A stretch of DNA of 64,000 nucleotides, from NCBI GenBank assembly GCA_030835125.1, contig JAUQWM010000050.1, forward strand, positions 7,341 through 71,340. The letters run 5' to 3'. The position numbers were made by a program, and so were the translations under genes. Positions 19,177 to 28,248 of this stretch are shown here, piece after piece (position 1 is the stretch's first letter; each line of letters starts with the position of its first letter). Source of the stretch: Gemmatimonadaceae bacterium. GTDB lineage: Bacteria > Gemmatimonadota > Gemmatimonadetes > Gemmatimonadales > Gemmatimonadaceae. Under the pieces are notes generated by a model. That model saw nothing but the letters and a program-made list of their open reading frames with translations, was not told where the DNA came from and did not search any database.

Positions 19177-21654
19177 ATGCTGAAAAACCTGCCCCAATCG
19201 CCCAGGCACCTTTCCCGCGGATTCGCGCGCCAGGGCGGTCGATGCCTACGGATGCTCCTGGCCATCGCCACGCCGCTCTGCCCTGCCATTGCCCACGCGC
19301 AACAGGGGGCGACCGTCGCCGGACGCACCGTGGATTCCACGAGCCGGGCCCCGATCGCGATGGTGACGGTCGTCATCGTGAATGCAGCATCTGGAGACAC
19401 GCTATCCGGGACGCTCACGGACGCCGACGGCCGGTTCCTCGTGCGTGGCCTGGCGCCGGGGCGCTACACCATCGTCACGAGGTTCCCCGGCCTCAGTCCC
19501 GCCGAGCGCGGCCTGATCGTCTCGGCGCTCAACCCCTCGTACGACCTGGGAGACCTCCTGATCGGGCGACTGCAATCCCTCTCGGGAGTCGCGGTCACCG
19601 CGGACGCCATGCGGACGGCGGCGCTCAACTCGGAGGTGTATCGCCTCGGCGAAGGGGCGGCGCCCACCACGGGCTCGATCCTCGACGCCCTCAGGAACGT
19701 GCCCGGCGTGACCATCGACCAGGAGGGCAAGGTCCTGCTCCGCGGCAGCGATCGCGTCGCCATCCTCATCGACGGCCGGCCCTCGAGCCTGACGGGACTC
19801 GGCAGCCAACGGGGGCTCGACAACATCCCCGCTGGCAACATCGAGGCCGTGGAGATCATCCATAATCCCGCGGCACGGTTCGACGCCGCGGGCATGGCCG
19901 GGATCATCAACATCGTCTACAAGCAGGAACGCCGGAGAGGCGTTTCGGGGGACGTTGGCCTTTCGCTGGGCATGGGGACGTTCTCGAAACAACGCGCCGA
20001 CCTTCCCACGGACCTGGGCAGCTTCGCGCATAACGGGAAGGCCATCCCCAGCCTCAACCTGAACTACAACACGCCGAGCGCGCGCGCGTTCCTGTTCTAC
20101 CAGGCGTTGATCCAGAAGGACCTGCCGAACAATGAGTTCTCGACGCGCGTGTACGAGGACGGCCGGATCATCGCCTCGCAGGTTCCCGAGAACCGCCGGC
20201 AGTCACAGAACATCGTCCGGGTCGGCGCTGACTTCGGCGTGGGGAGCGCCAACGTATTCTCCCTTTCGGGTCTCTACGATACCGAGACGCACACCGACAG
20301 CGCGCAAGTGCCGTTCATCCTCCAGTCAACCGGTCAGCGCGAGCGCTACTGGTTCTGGCGCGAACGTGAGAGCAATGGGGTCGCGAGCGCTGCCTTCAAC
20401 TGGAAAAGGCTGTTCCGGACGCCGGGGCATGAACTGAACGTGAACCTCCAGTACTCCCGCATCTGGGAGGACGAGGCGTACTTCCTCAACGAAGAGTCGA
20501 GCGCCCGCACGGGGACTGACGCGACCCACGTCGTCGGCCGGGAAAACACGACTCCGCTCACCATCGACTATACCCGGCCACTGCAGAACGGCCGGCTCGA
20601 GCTTGGGGCGAAGCTGCAGCGCCGATGGCTCCCGGTCACCTATGCGGTCGAACGCGGCAACCAGAGCGTGATCTATCCCGGACTCGGCGACTTCACCGAC
20701 TGGGACGAGGAGATCGTGGCGGGATATGCCAACCTGGTGCGCATCCGGGAGTCCTACACCCTGGAAGCCGGGGTGCGTGTGGAGCAGACGGGCGTCACGT
20801 ACACCGTGCCGGACGAGAACCTCTACTACGACACCAGCGACGCCTACGACTACCTCGAGGTCTTCCCGAATGTGAAGCTGAGCGCCGCCCTTGGGGGCGC
20901 GTTCCGGATCGTCGCTGCCTACAACCGCCGGATTGACCGACCCGGCGAACAGGAGCTGCGGATCTTCCCGAAGTACGACGACCCCGAGCTGCTCAAGGTC
21001 GGCAACCCGTATCTTCGACCGCAACTCACGCAGCTCATGGAGTTGGGCATCGGCCGCGGATGGTCCACGGGATCCGCAACGGTTTCCGGCTATCATCGTG
21101 ACATCACCGACGCGTTCCAGCGCATCTACGCGATCGACAGCTCCAACCCGACGTACGACATCGTCAACAAGCTGTACGAGAACGTCGGCCAGGCGACGCA
21201 GACCGGAGTCCAGGTGGTCGCCGACCAGCAGGTCGGGCCTTCGTGGCGGGTGTCGGGAAGCGTGAACTGGTACGTGCACAAGATCGATGCACTGCACACG
21301 ACCCTGTTCTTCCCGACCGAGCGTCCATTCTTCGCTCCCGGGTCGCGTGACAACACGTGGGATCTCACGGTCAGCAACCGCTTCCGGTTCGCCGGTGGCC
21401 AGGAAGTCCAGCTGAGCTTCATCAACTACGCCGCGCGAAACGCCCACCAGGGTGTCGAGCGCGCCCGCTCGTCACTGGACCTTTCAGCGTCCTGGCCGCT
21501 CAGGAACGAGCGGGGGGATGTGACGTTCACGTTCACGGACATGCTGGCCGATTTCGGCGTGCGGCGGGAATACGTCGGGCAGGGGTTCAGCGCGCTGTAC
21601 GAGAACCTGAAGGAGACCCAGACCGCGAGGGTCCGGATGCGGGTGCGTTTCTAG
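19177..21654 (+). CDS. TonB-dependent receptor with N-terminal carboxypeptidase-regulatory-like domain
   Basis: GRTVDSTSRAPIAMVTVVIVNAASGDTLSGTLTDADGRFLVRGLAPGRYTI is a CarboxypepD_reg-like domain. The plug motifs are ILDALRNVPGVTIDQEGKVLLRGSDRVAILIDGRP and NIEAVEIIHNPAARFDAAGMAGIINIV. The C-terminus is a beta-barrel ending in F. The start is ambiguous (19177 or 19252). Confidence 0.8.
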   Translation: MLKNLPQSPRHLSRGFARQGGRCLRMLLAIATPLCPAIAHAQQGATVAGRTVDSTSRAPIAMVTVVIVNAASGDTLSGTLTDADGRFLVRGLAPGRYTIVTRFPGLSPAERGLIVSALNPSYDLGDLLIGRLQSLSGVAVTADAMRTAALNSEVYRLGEGAAPTTGSILDALRNVPGVTIDQEGKVLLRGSDRVAILIDGRPSSLTGLGSQRGLDNIPAGNIEAVEIIHNPAARFDAAGMAGIINIVYKQERRRGVSGDVGLSLGMGTFSKQRADLPTDLGSFAHNGKAIPSLNLNYNTPSARAFLFYQALIQKDLPNNEFSTRVYEDGRIIASQVPENRRQSQNIVRVGADFGVGSANVFSLSGLYDTETHTDSAQVPFILQSTGQRERYWFWRERESNGVASAAFNWKRLFRTPGHELNVNLQYSRIWEDEAYFLNEESSARTGTDATHVVGRENTTPLTIDYTRPLQNGRLELGAKLQRRWLPVTYAVERGNQSVIYPGLGDFTDWDEEIVAGYANLVRIRESYTLEAGVRVEQTGVTYTVPDENLYYDTSDAYDYLEVFPNVKLSAALGGAFRIVAAYNRRIDRPGEQELRIFPKYDDPELLKVGNPYLRPQLTQLMELGIGRGWSTGSATVSGYHRDITDAFQRIYAIDSSNPTYDIVNKLYENVGQATQTGVQVVADQQVGPSWRVSGSVNWYVHKIDALHTTLFFPTERPFFAPGSRDNTWDLTVSNRFRFAGGQEVQLSFINYAARNAHQGVERARSSLDLSASWPLRNERGDVTFTFTDMLADFGVRREYVGQGFSALYENLKETQTARVRMRVRF

Positions 21655-21916
21655 CGCCCTCCCGGCTTCGGTCGTACCCTCCTCCCGTCCGGACAGCCGT
21701 AGGCTTTCAATCAACGAGGCCGGCACGGGCGGCAAAACCGGCGCGCGGCGTTCCGCCTGGGGCAGTGGTCGCCGCAGGAGGCGATCGATTTTCTCGTTGA
21801 CCGGGTCGGTCATGAGGCGCGCGAACGCACGGCTGAGGTGCGCCGTTCATTCGAGGGGGGCTGTGGCCCGTTGAACCAGGCGGCCTGCCTGGCGCGATCC
21901 AGTGGCGCGGACCGGT

Positions 21917-24900
21917 CTACATGATCGCTCCACCCCGCACGATGATGTGGGGCAGGTTCTTGAGGAGGCCGTTCAGCCTGGCGATCCGGCCGTTCACGAT
22001 GCCCTGCAATTCCTGCTGCACGGCACCGGTCTCCGTCACGAGCTCCCCGTGCCGGCGACCCTGGGCATCGGTCGGCCTGGTGATCGTGCGACTGACCGCG
22101 CCGCTCAGCGAGCCCACTTCCTCACGCAGCCTCGGATACTGACGGTAGCCGAGCCCCGGAATCGGGCGGAGCAACTTCTCATCCCGCAGCTTCTTCAACT
22201 CGACCAGTGCCCCTTCGGCCTCGTTGAGCGCGTCGCGTTCATTCGGGGCGTTCTTCCTGATGTTGTCGACCAGTGAGGTGAGTTGGCCGATCAGGTCCTC
22301 GGTCCGGTCGATGACGTTGGTCACGCGTCCGCCAAGGTCGCGCAGGTTGAGCGCGAGATCGCGCTGCGCTTCGAGGTCGGCGGTGGTGACGTTGGCGCGA
22401 GGGTCGAGTTCGACCGTGAGCGGCCTGGTGAACTCGCGACCCGCGAGCTGCATCTTCACCGTGAACGGTCCCGGCACGACGGACGGTGCGCCACCACCCC
22501 GTCCGCCGCGCCCGCCCCCGCCGCCGCGACCGGCCGCCGGTCCCGCGCCGGATTCGGTCGTCGCCGGGTCATACGCCAGGTCCCACACGAGCTGGTTCAC
22601 GCCGGCGTCGCGCGGTCCATTGCGCAGCGTGCGGACGACCTTCCCGGCCGGATCGGAGATCGTCGCCACCACCGGCGACTGGCTCGGTGCCTTCAGGTAG
22701 TACTTGATCAACGCCCCGTTCGGCGGATTCTCGCCGACCCACACCTTCTGCCCCAGGTTGCCATCATTGGCCCACATGACCCAGCGCGTCGCCGGCCGGA
22801 TGTCGAAGACGTATGCGTCGGCCGCCATGGCCTCGCCCAGCCGCTGCAGGGGTGTGATGTCGTCCATCACGTAGATGCCGCGCCCGTGCGTCGCGATGAT
22901 GAGGTCGTTGTCGCGGGGATGCACCCAGAGGTCACGCACCGGCGCCGCCGAGAGGCCGTTGCGCAGCGAGTGCCAGCGCCCGCCGCGATCCCACGACGCG
23001 AAGATGCCGAACTCCGTGCCGAGGTAAAGCAGGTTCGGGTTCCGCGGATCCTGCCGCACGACATGCACCCAGCCGCGGGCGGGGAGGTTCCCGGTGATCC
23101 GCCGCCAGCTCTGCCCGTAGTCCGTCGTCATGTAGGCATACGGCGTGTAGTCCCCCGTCTGCCAGTGGCTCGCGGCCACGAACGCGGTCGCGGCATCGTG
23201 GGGTGAGGCATCCACGGTCGAGATCCAGGCGTTGGGTGCCAGTCCCGGCAGGTTCCGCGCCGTGTTGGTCCACGTCTTCCCGCCGTCACGGGTCACCTGG
23301 ACGTTGCCGTCGTCGGTGCCGGCCCAGATCACGTTCCCGTCCTTCGGCGAGGGCGCGATGCTCAACAGCGTGCTGTGGAACTCGGCGGCGGTGTTGTCGG
23401 TGACGATGTCGCCGCCTGACGACTTCTGCTTCGCCTTGTCGTTGGTGCTCAGGTCGGGCGAGATGACGTCCCACGACTGCCCGTAATTGGTGGACCGGAA
23501 CACGACGTTGCCGCCGAAATAGACCGTGCCCGGGTTCTGCGGCGACAGCGCAATGGGCGCGTTCCAGTTGAACCGGTACGCGTGGTGCTCGAGCGCGTCC
23601 CCGGCCGACCCGACGCGATTCGGGTCCGGGTGGATACTGCGCTGGTCGCCAGTCCGGATGTCGGTGAGGGTGATGTTGCCGCCCTGCGACGCCGAGTAGA
23701 CCAGCCACGGACGCGCGAGGTCGGGGACGGCGTAGAACCCGTCGCCACCGCTGACGGTCACCCACGCATTCTTCCGGTTGCCCTCGGGAGTGAGCGTGCG
23801 GCTGGGGCCGCACCAATGGCCGTTGTCCTGGAGTCCGCCGCAGAGATTGTACGGCTTCTCCATGTCGTAGTTCACGTGGTAGAACTGCGTGAACGCCACC
23901 GTGTTCGGCACGTCCCAGTTCCGGCCGGCGTCATAGCTGACCTGCCACCCGCCATCGCTTCCCTCGACGATGTAGTCCGGGTCCGTGGGGTCGATCCACA
24001 TCGCCTGGTGATCACCATGGACGCCCTGGCCGATGGTGCGGAACGTGCGACCGCCGTCCTCGCTCTTGTACAGCCCGCCGGACAGCGTGTACACGACATT
24101 GGGATTGCGCGGGTCGGCGCGAATATCGGCGTAGTAGAAGGGGCGGAAGTTGATGTTCCGTTCGCGGCTGACCACCTGCCAGGTCGCGCCGGCGTCCTCG
24201 GTGCGCCAGAGCTCTCCCTCGTCCACCGTCTCGGTGATCATGTAGACGATATCCGGGTTCGCGCGGTGCACAGAGACACCAATGCGGTCCATCGCGGTCC
24301 GCGGCAGCCCGTGGGTGTTCCCGGGGCCGGACAGCTTCGTCCAGGACTCGCCCCCGTCGCTCGACTTGTACAGCGCCGTCTCCCCGCCGCCGGACGTGAA
24401 GAACCACGGCCAGCGCTGGTGCGTGTACATCCCGGCGTAGACGATGTTGGCGTTGTTGGGGTCGATGTCGACGTCCGAGCATCCGGTCAGGTTGTTGCGG
24501 TAGAGGATCTTCCGCCAGGTCCGGCCGCCGTCGGTGGTCTTGTAGAGGCCCCGATCCTCGTTAGGCCCCCACGTCCGGCCGAGGGCACAGAGGTACACCA
24601 CGTCGGGGTTGCGCGCGTCGATGCGCATCCGGGGGACCTTCTCGGTGTGCTCCAGGCCGAGCTTTTTCCAGGTCCGGCCGGCATCGAGCGACTTGTACAC
24701 CCCGTCGCCGACGGAGGCCGAGTTCCGCGGGTTTCCCTCACCGGTGGCGAGGTAGATGATGTTCGGGTCGGAGGGGGCGATGACTATGTCACCGATCGAC
24801 GCGTTGTCCTGGTCGTCGAAGAGCTGGGTAAACGTGATCCCCCCGTTGGTGGTCTTCATCAGGCCACCGGCGGCCGAGCCGATGTAGAAGACGCCCCGGT

Positions 24901-25126
24901 TACCGGGGACGCCGACCACCGCGGGAATACGACCGGCCTGGTTGGCGGGTCCGATGGCCCGCCACCGGAGCCTGCTGATCGCATTCAGCTCGGGGGAGTC
25001 CTTGACCGACACCGCCTGTGCCGCAGGCGTCGCGGGTGGACTGCCGGCTCGCTGGGCATTGGTGGCCTGCGGCAGCAACGCCGGGAGCGTGATGGCCAGC
25101 GCGAGCGTGGAAACGTGGCGAGTCAT
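21917..25126 (-). CDS. Sortilin/VPS10-type BNR (Asp-box) repeat protein, paralog of 14560..17739
   Basis: Signal peptide MTRHVSTLALAITLPALLPQATNAQ. Asp-boxes are present (SLDAGRTW, TTDGGRTW, SSDGGESW, TEDAGATW, SEDGGRTF, STNYGQSW, TRDGGKTW, TTDYGQSW). The overall layout is the same as in the other copy. Confidence 0.8.
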   Translation of the reverse strand: MTRHVSTLALAITLPALLPQATNAQRAGSPPATPAAQAVSVKDSPELNAISRLRWRAIGPANQAGRIPAVVGVPGNRGVFYIGSAAGGLMKTTNGGITFTQLFDDQDNASIGDIVIAPSDPNIIYLATGEGNPRNSASVGDGVYKSLDAGRTWKKLGLEHTEKVPRMRIDARNPDVVYLCALGRTWGPNEDRGLYKTTDGGRTWRKILYRNNLTGCSDVDIDPNNANIVYAGMYTHQRWPWFFTSGGGETALYKSSDGGESWTKLSGPGNTHGLPRTAMDRIGVSVHRANPDIVYMITETVDEGELWRTEDAGATWQVVSRERNINFRPFYYADIRADPRNPNVVYTLSGGLYKSEDGGRTFRTIGQGVHGDHQAMWIDPTDPDYIVEGSDGGWQVSYDAGRNWDVPNTVAFTQFYHVNYDMEKPYNLCGGLQDNGHWCGPSRTLTPEGNRKNAWVTVSGGDGFYAVPDLARPWLVYSASQGGNITLTDIRTGDQRSIHPDPNRVGSAGDALEHHAYRFNWNAPIALSPQNPGTVYFGGNVVFRSTNYGQSWDVISPDLSTNDKAKQKSSGGDIVTDNTAAEFHSTLLSIAPSPKDGNVIWAGTDDGNVQVTRDGGKTWTNTARNLPGLAPNAWISTVDASPHDAATAFVAASHWQTGDYTPYAYMTTDYGQSWRRITGNLPARGWVHVVRQDPRNPNLLYLGTEFGIFASWDRGGRWHSLRNGLSAAPVRDLWVHPRDNDLIIATHGRGIYVMDDITPLQRLGEAMAADAYVFDIRPATRWVMWANDGNLGQKVWVGENPPNGALIKYYLKAPSQSPVVATISDPAGKVVRTLRNGPRDAGVNQLVWDLAYDPATTESGAGPAAGRGGGGGRGGRGGGAPSVVPGPFTVKMQLAGREFTRPLTVELDPRANVTTADLEAQRDLALNLRDLGGRVTNVIDRTEDLIGQLTSLVDNIRKNAPNERDALNEAEGALVELKKLRDEKLLRPIPGLGYRQYPRLREEVGSLSGAVSRTITRPTDAQGRRHGELVTETGAVQQELQGIVNGRIARLNGLLKNLPHIIVRGGAIM

Positions 25127-25278
25127 GGTGTCACCGATTGAGGGCGGCCCAGGGGGATCGGGATGCCAGCAAATTTCGCCGCGCCGAGGCTGCTCGCCAG
25201 AGGGAATCCGTTCCGGCGATATCGGCGCGAACGGCCAGCGGAATTGCCGAAGGGACTCTGGGGCCCCACTTTTCCCCG

Positions 25279-26235
25279 ATGTCCCCAGCCAAGCGGTCGA
25301 AAAAGAAGCGCACGTCGGCACCGGCCGCGTCACGGGGTCTCGACGCGCGCCGCCTCACCGGCCCACCGCCGGCTGCCGTCGAGGCGCTGGCGCGCACGAT
25401 CGAGGAGGACGGTGGCGCCGTGCTCGCTCGCTACCGCGACCCCCTCGGCGGACACTGGCAGCTTCTTGCCGCGCTCCCCCTCAGCCGAGTGGAGCCGACG
25501 CCGTTCCAGCGTGACCTGTCGGAGGCTCACGTCGGGAAGGTCGTGAGGGCCATCGACAAGCTCGGCCGGTATCTCGATCCCATCATCGCGGTGCCGGCGA
25601 GCGACGGCCTGTACTGGTCTCCCAACGGCTTTCACCGGTTGTCCGCGATGCGTGAACTGGGCGCGAAGTCGATCGTGGCGCTGGTGATCCCCGAACCCGA
25701 GGTGGCGCACCACATCCTGCTCCTCAACACCGAGAAGGCGCACAACCTCAGGGAGCGCGCGATCGAGGTGGTCCGGCTCGCCGAAGCGCTAGCGGTGCTG
25801 GACGACCGTCCCGAAGTCGAGTTCGAGACCGAATTCGAGGAGGCCGCCCTGGTCACGCTGGGACTGTGCTATCAACAGGACGGGCGCTTCTCGGGAAGCG
25901 CCTATCATCCGATCCTGAGGCGCTGCGACCGGTTCCTGCGCCGATCGCTGCCGGACGCGCTCATGGAACGACGCTTGCGCGCCGACAAGCTCCTCGAGCT
26001 CAACGCCCTGGTGAACGCGGCGGTGGCGGCGCTCAAGGCGAAGGGGATGGAGAGTCCGTACCTCAAGGCCTTCGTGGTCGCCCGGATCAACCCGCTGCGG
26101 TTCCAGCGGAAGCCGACCGCGGATTTCGACGAGACGATCGACAAGATGCTCGGCTCGGCGCGCCGGTTCGATGCGGGGCGGATCAGGTCCGACCAGATCG
26201 CGCGTTCGGGCGGACCGCCGTCGGGAGAGGAGTAG
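25279..26235 (+). CDS. ParB/Sulfiredoxin (ParB N-terminal-like) domain protein, orphan
   Basis: LPLSRVEPTPFQRDLSEAHVGKVVRAIDKLGRYLDPIIAV...SPNGFHRLSAMRELGAKSIVALV fits the ParB-like nuclease/Srx fold pattern. A helical domain of about 200 aa follows. No parA or partition partner is adjacent. Confidence 0.65.
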   Translation: MSPAKRSKKKRTSAPAASRGLDARRLTGPPPAAVEALARTIEEDGGAVLARYRDPLGGHWQLLAALPLSRVEPTPFQRDLSEAHVGKVVRAIDKLGRYLDPIIAVPASDGLYWSPNGFHRLSAMRELGAKSIVALVIPEPEVAHHILLLNTEKAHNLRERAIEVVRLAEALAVLDDRPEVEFETEFEEAALVTLGLCYQQDGRFSGSAYHPILRRCDRFLRRSLPDALMERRLRADKLLELNALVNAAVAALKAKGMESPYLKAFVVARINPLRFQRKPTADFDETIDKMLGSARRFDAGRIRSDQIARSGGPPSGEE

Positions 26236-26359
26236 GACGGTGCGCGGTCGTCTCGCGTCGACGGCCTCGCCGCGATAGGAACTCAGTCGCTCGAGTTGAC
26301 ACCCGATTGCATGGCGCAATCAGAACGGCGCGGATGTGCCGCGCAGGGACAGGAACGAC

Positions 26360-26920
26360 ATGGCCAAGCTCGTGTTCGGAATGAACCAGTCGCTGGACGG
26401 CTACGTCGACCATACGGCTTTTGCGCCGGATTCCACGCTCTTCCGCCACTTCATCGAGGAGGCACAGGGGCAGGCGGGCAGCGTGTACGGTCGCCGGATG
26501 TACGAGATCATGCGGTACTGGGACGACGACCAGCCTGACTGGGATGCCGCGGAACGCGACTTCGCGGCGGCGTGGCGGCAGCAGCCAAAATGGGTCGTCT
26601 CGCGCACGCTGAAGTCGGTCGGCCCCAACGCGACGTTGGTGGAAGATAGTCTCGAGGGTGCGATGCGCGGGCTGAAGGCCGAACGCGAGGGGGAGATCGA
26701 AGTGGCTGGCCCGAACCTGGCGCGGAGCCTCACCGCACTTGGCCTGATCGATGAGTATCGCATCTACCTGCATCCGGTCGTGCTTGGACATGGCACGCCC
26801 TACTTTGCCGGACCTCGGCCGCCGCTCCGCCTTCTGGCGCATGACCGGATTGGCGAGGATGTGATCAGGTTGAGTTACGTTCCCGCTCAGTCTGGCGACG
26901 CATCGGACGATCACCGCTGA
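26360..26920 (+). CDS. Dihydrofolate reductase family protein (RibD C-terminal domain)
   Basis: MAKLVFGMNQSLDGYV...GRRMYEIM..W...PKWVVSRTL...EIEVAGPNLARSLTALGLIDEYRIYLHPVVLGHGTPYF is the typical RibD_C/DHFR-like pattern. Confidence 0.75.
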   Translation: MAKLVFGMNQSLDGYVDHTAFAPDSTLFRHFIEEAQGQAGSVYGRRMYEIMRYWDDDQPDWDAAERDFAAAWRQQPKWVVSRTLKSVGPNATLVEDSLEGAMRGLKAEREGEIEVAGPNLARSLTALGLIDEYRIYLHPVVLGHGTPYFAGPRPPLRLLAHDRIGEDVIRLSYVPAQSGDASDDHR

Positions 26921-27108
26921 ACCAGGTCCTGGGTCGGGGACTGTCACAACAGGAGCGGCGCAGCCAAGGCGCGAACCCGACGTACTCGGGTACGCAGCCA
27001 GCACTCATTCCCCGGCTCCCTCGGCGTGCAGGGCATTGCCGCCGCGGTTCCCAACAACGGTGAGCCACCGCGCTCCTGCACACCGGGCTGCCAGCAAGCA
27101 ACGACTTG

Positions 27109-27333
27109 TCAGGCAGCGCCAACTTCGCGCGGGAGGCGAGTCAACGCCCAGGTGAGCATGTCCCGCACGAAGGAGTCAGGCTCGATCGCGCACCGAGCTA
27201 CGAGCGCGTAAACCAGATCGGGTTCGGCGTTCAATCCGGCTGCGAGAGCGGCCCTAAGCCGCGTCGACCCGTCATCGGCAGCCAGGGCACCGACCAGATT
27301 CGTTTCCTGAGCGTTCGTGCCTGTTTTGTTCAT
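27109..27333 (-). pseudogene. Possible N-terminal fragment of a HEAT-repeat protein (truncated after about 74 aa)
   Basis: The translation ...GALAADDGSTRLRAALAAGLNAEPDLVYALVARCAIEPDSFVRDMLTWALTRLP resembles the first HEAT-like repeats of longer proteins, but the frame ends at 27109. It sits at the left edge of the low-GC island. Low confidence. Confidence 0.3.
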
Positions 27334-27773
27334 GCCAATCCAGGCCTCGCCGTCTCGAGTTGGACCGGTTCGACGCCCGTTTGCACGCGATACGGCAGAC
27401 ACGCCAAGAGCGCCGCTTTGGTCGATAGCGGCCCTCGCCTTGTTGCAGTCATACCGCCATCCGCGCCGCATAACGCCACGTTTCAGCTGCGGCGACTCGT
27501 ACAAAGCGCCGTGGACGCGCGTAGCGCGCCTCGGCGCATACGACCGTCCGCCGTCAGCTGCAAACAACAGTTAGGCATCAAGATCTGAGGCGATGACTCT
27601 ACGAAGCATGACCAGGGGCCTCGCCCGTGCCCCCTCTTGTGCCCAGAACCCGCGTGCGTTTTGGCAACCCTCACTGCACCAGACTGAATCCCCGTCGCCG
27701 CGAGAGACTCCATGAAGATCCAAGGTTGGCGTCAACTGTGGGACGCGCCTTCACCGGAGAGCCGCACGCGATA

Positions 27774-28235
27774 TCAGTGACGCGCTAAAGCAGCGGAGAG
27801 ACGATCGAACTGGGCCAGCGACAGCGGGAGATTAGCCTGCAGCTCCCCGTTACATCCGTCGACCTGAAGCGCTCCCCGGTCCTCGTTCAAATAGATGAAC
27901 TCGCCATTCGAGGTGGCGATGCGCTCCAGAGCTTCGAGATCACCCCGGTCGTAGTCGGCTAACACCTGAATCAACACAGTCGGAGCAAGCGTTCCTCCGC
28001 ATGCGCCGTGGCAGTCGCCGTCGCCGTCATCGCAGTCAGTGTGCTTTGTTCCAGACTTCGATCCTTCCGTTCCGTCGTCCCAGTGCTGGCCACCCTGCGG
28101 ATTGCACACTTCCCAGAAGCAGGCAAAACAGTCCTCGACAACAGGGACAGCGTTTGCGGCGTAGGTGGAGCTAAAGAGCGCCATTACTCCGCCCGTTGTC
28201 AGGATGAGGGATAGCCCGAAGGCTCCGATCTTCAT
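27774..28235 (-). CDS. Small Cys-rich secreted protein (unknown family)
   Basis: A strong SD (GAGGAGG) lies 6 nt upstream of ATG 28235. Signal peptide MKIGAFGLSLILTTGGVMALFSSTYA. Seven Cys are clustered in EDCFACFWEVCNPQGG...HTDCDDGDGDCHGACGG, with an eighth Cys at DGCNGE near the C-terminus. A distinct C-terminal domain of about 70 aa follows the Cys cluster. The region is low-GC. Confidence 0.5.
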   Translation of the reverse strand: MKIGAFGLSLILTTGGVMALFSSTYAANAVPVVEDCFACFWEVCNPQGGQHWDDGTEGSKSGTKHTDCDDGDGDCHGACGGTLAPTVLIQVLADYDRGDLEALERIATSNGEFIYLNEDRGALQVDGCNGELQANLPLSLAQFDRLSAALARH

Positions 28236-28248
28236 GATGTCCTCCTCG

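Noticed and set aside
23582-25141. A 519-aa + strand ORF.
   Set aside because: It is antisense to the BNR/sortilin paralog, whose Asp-box repeats validate the minus-strand frame.
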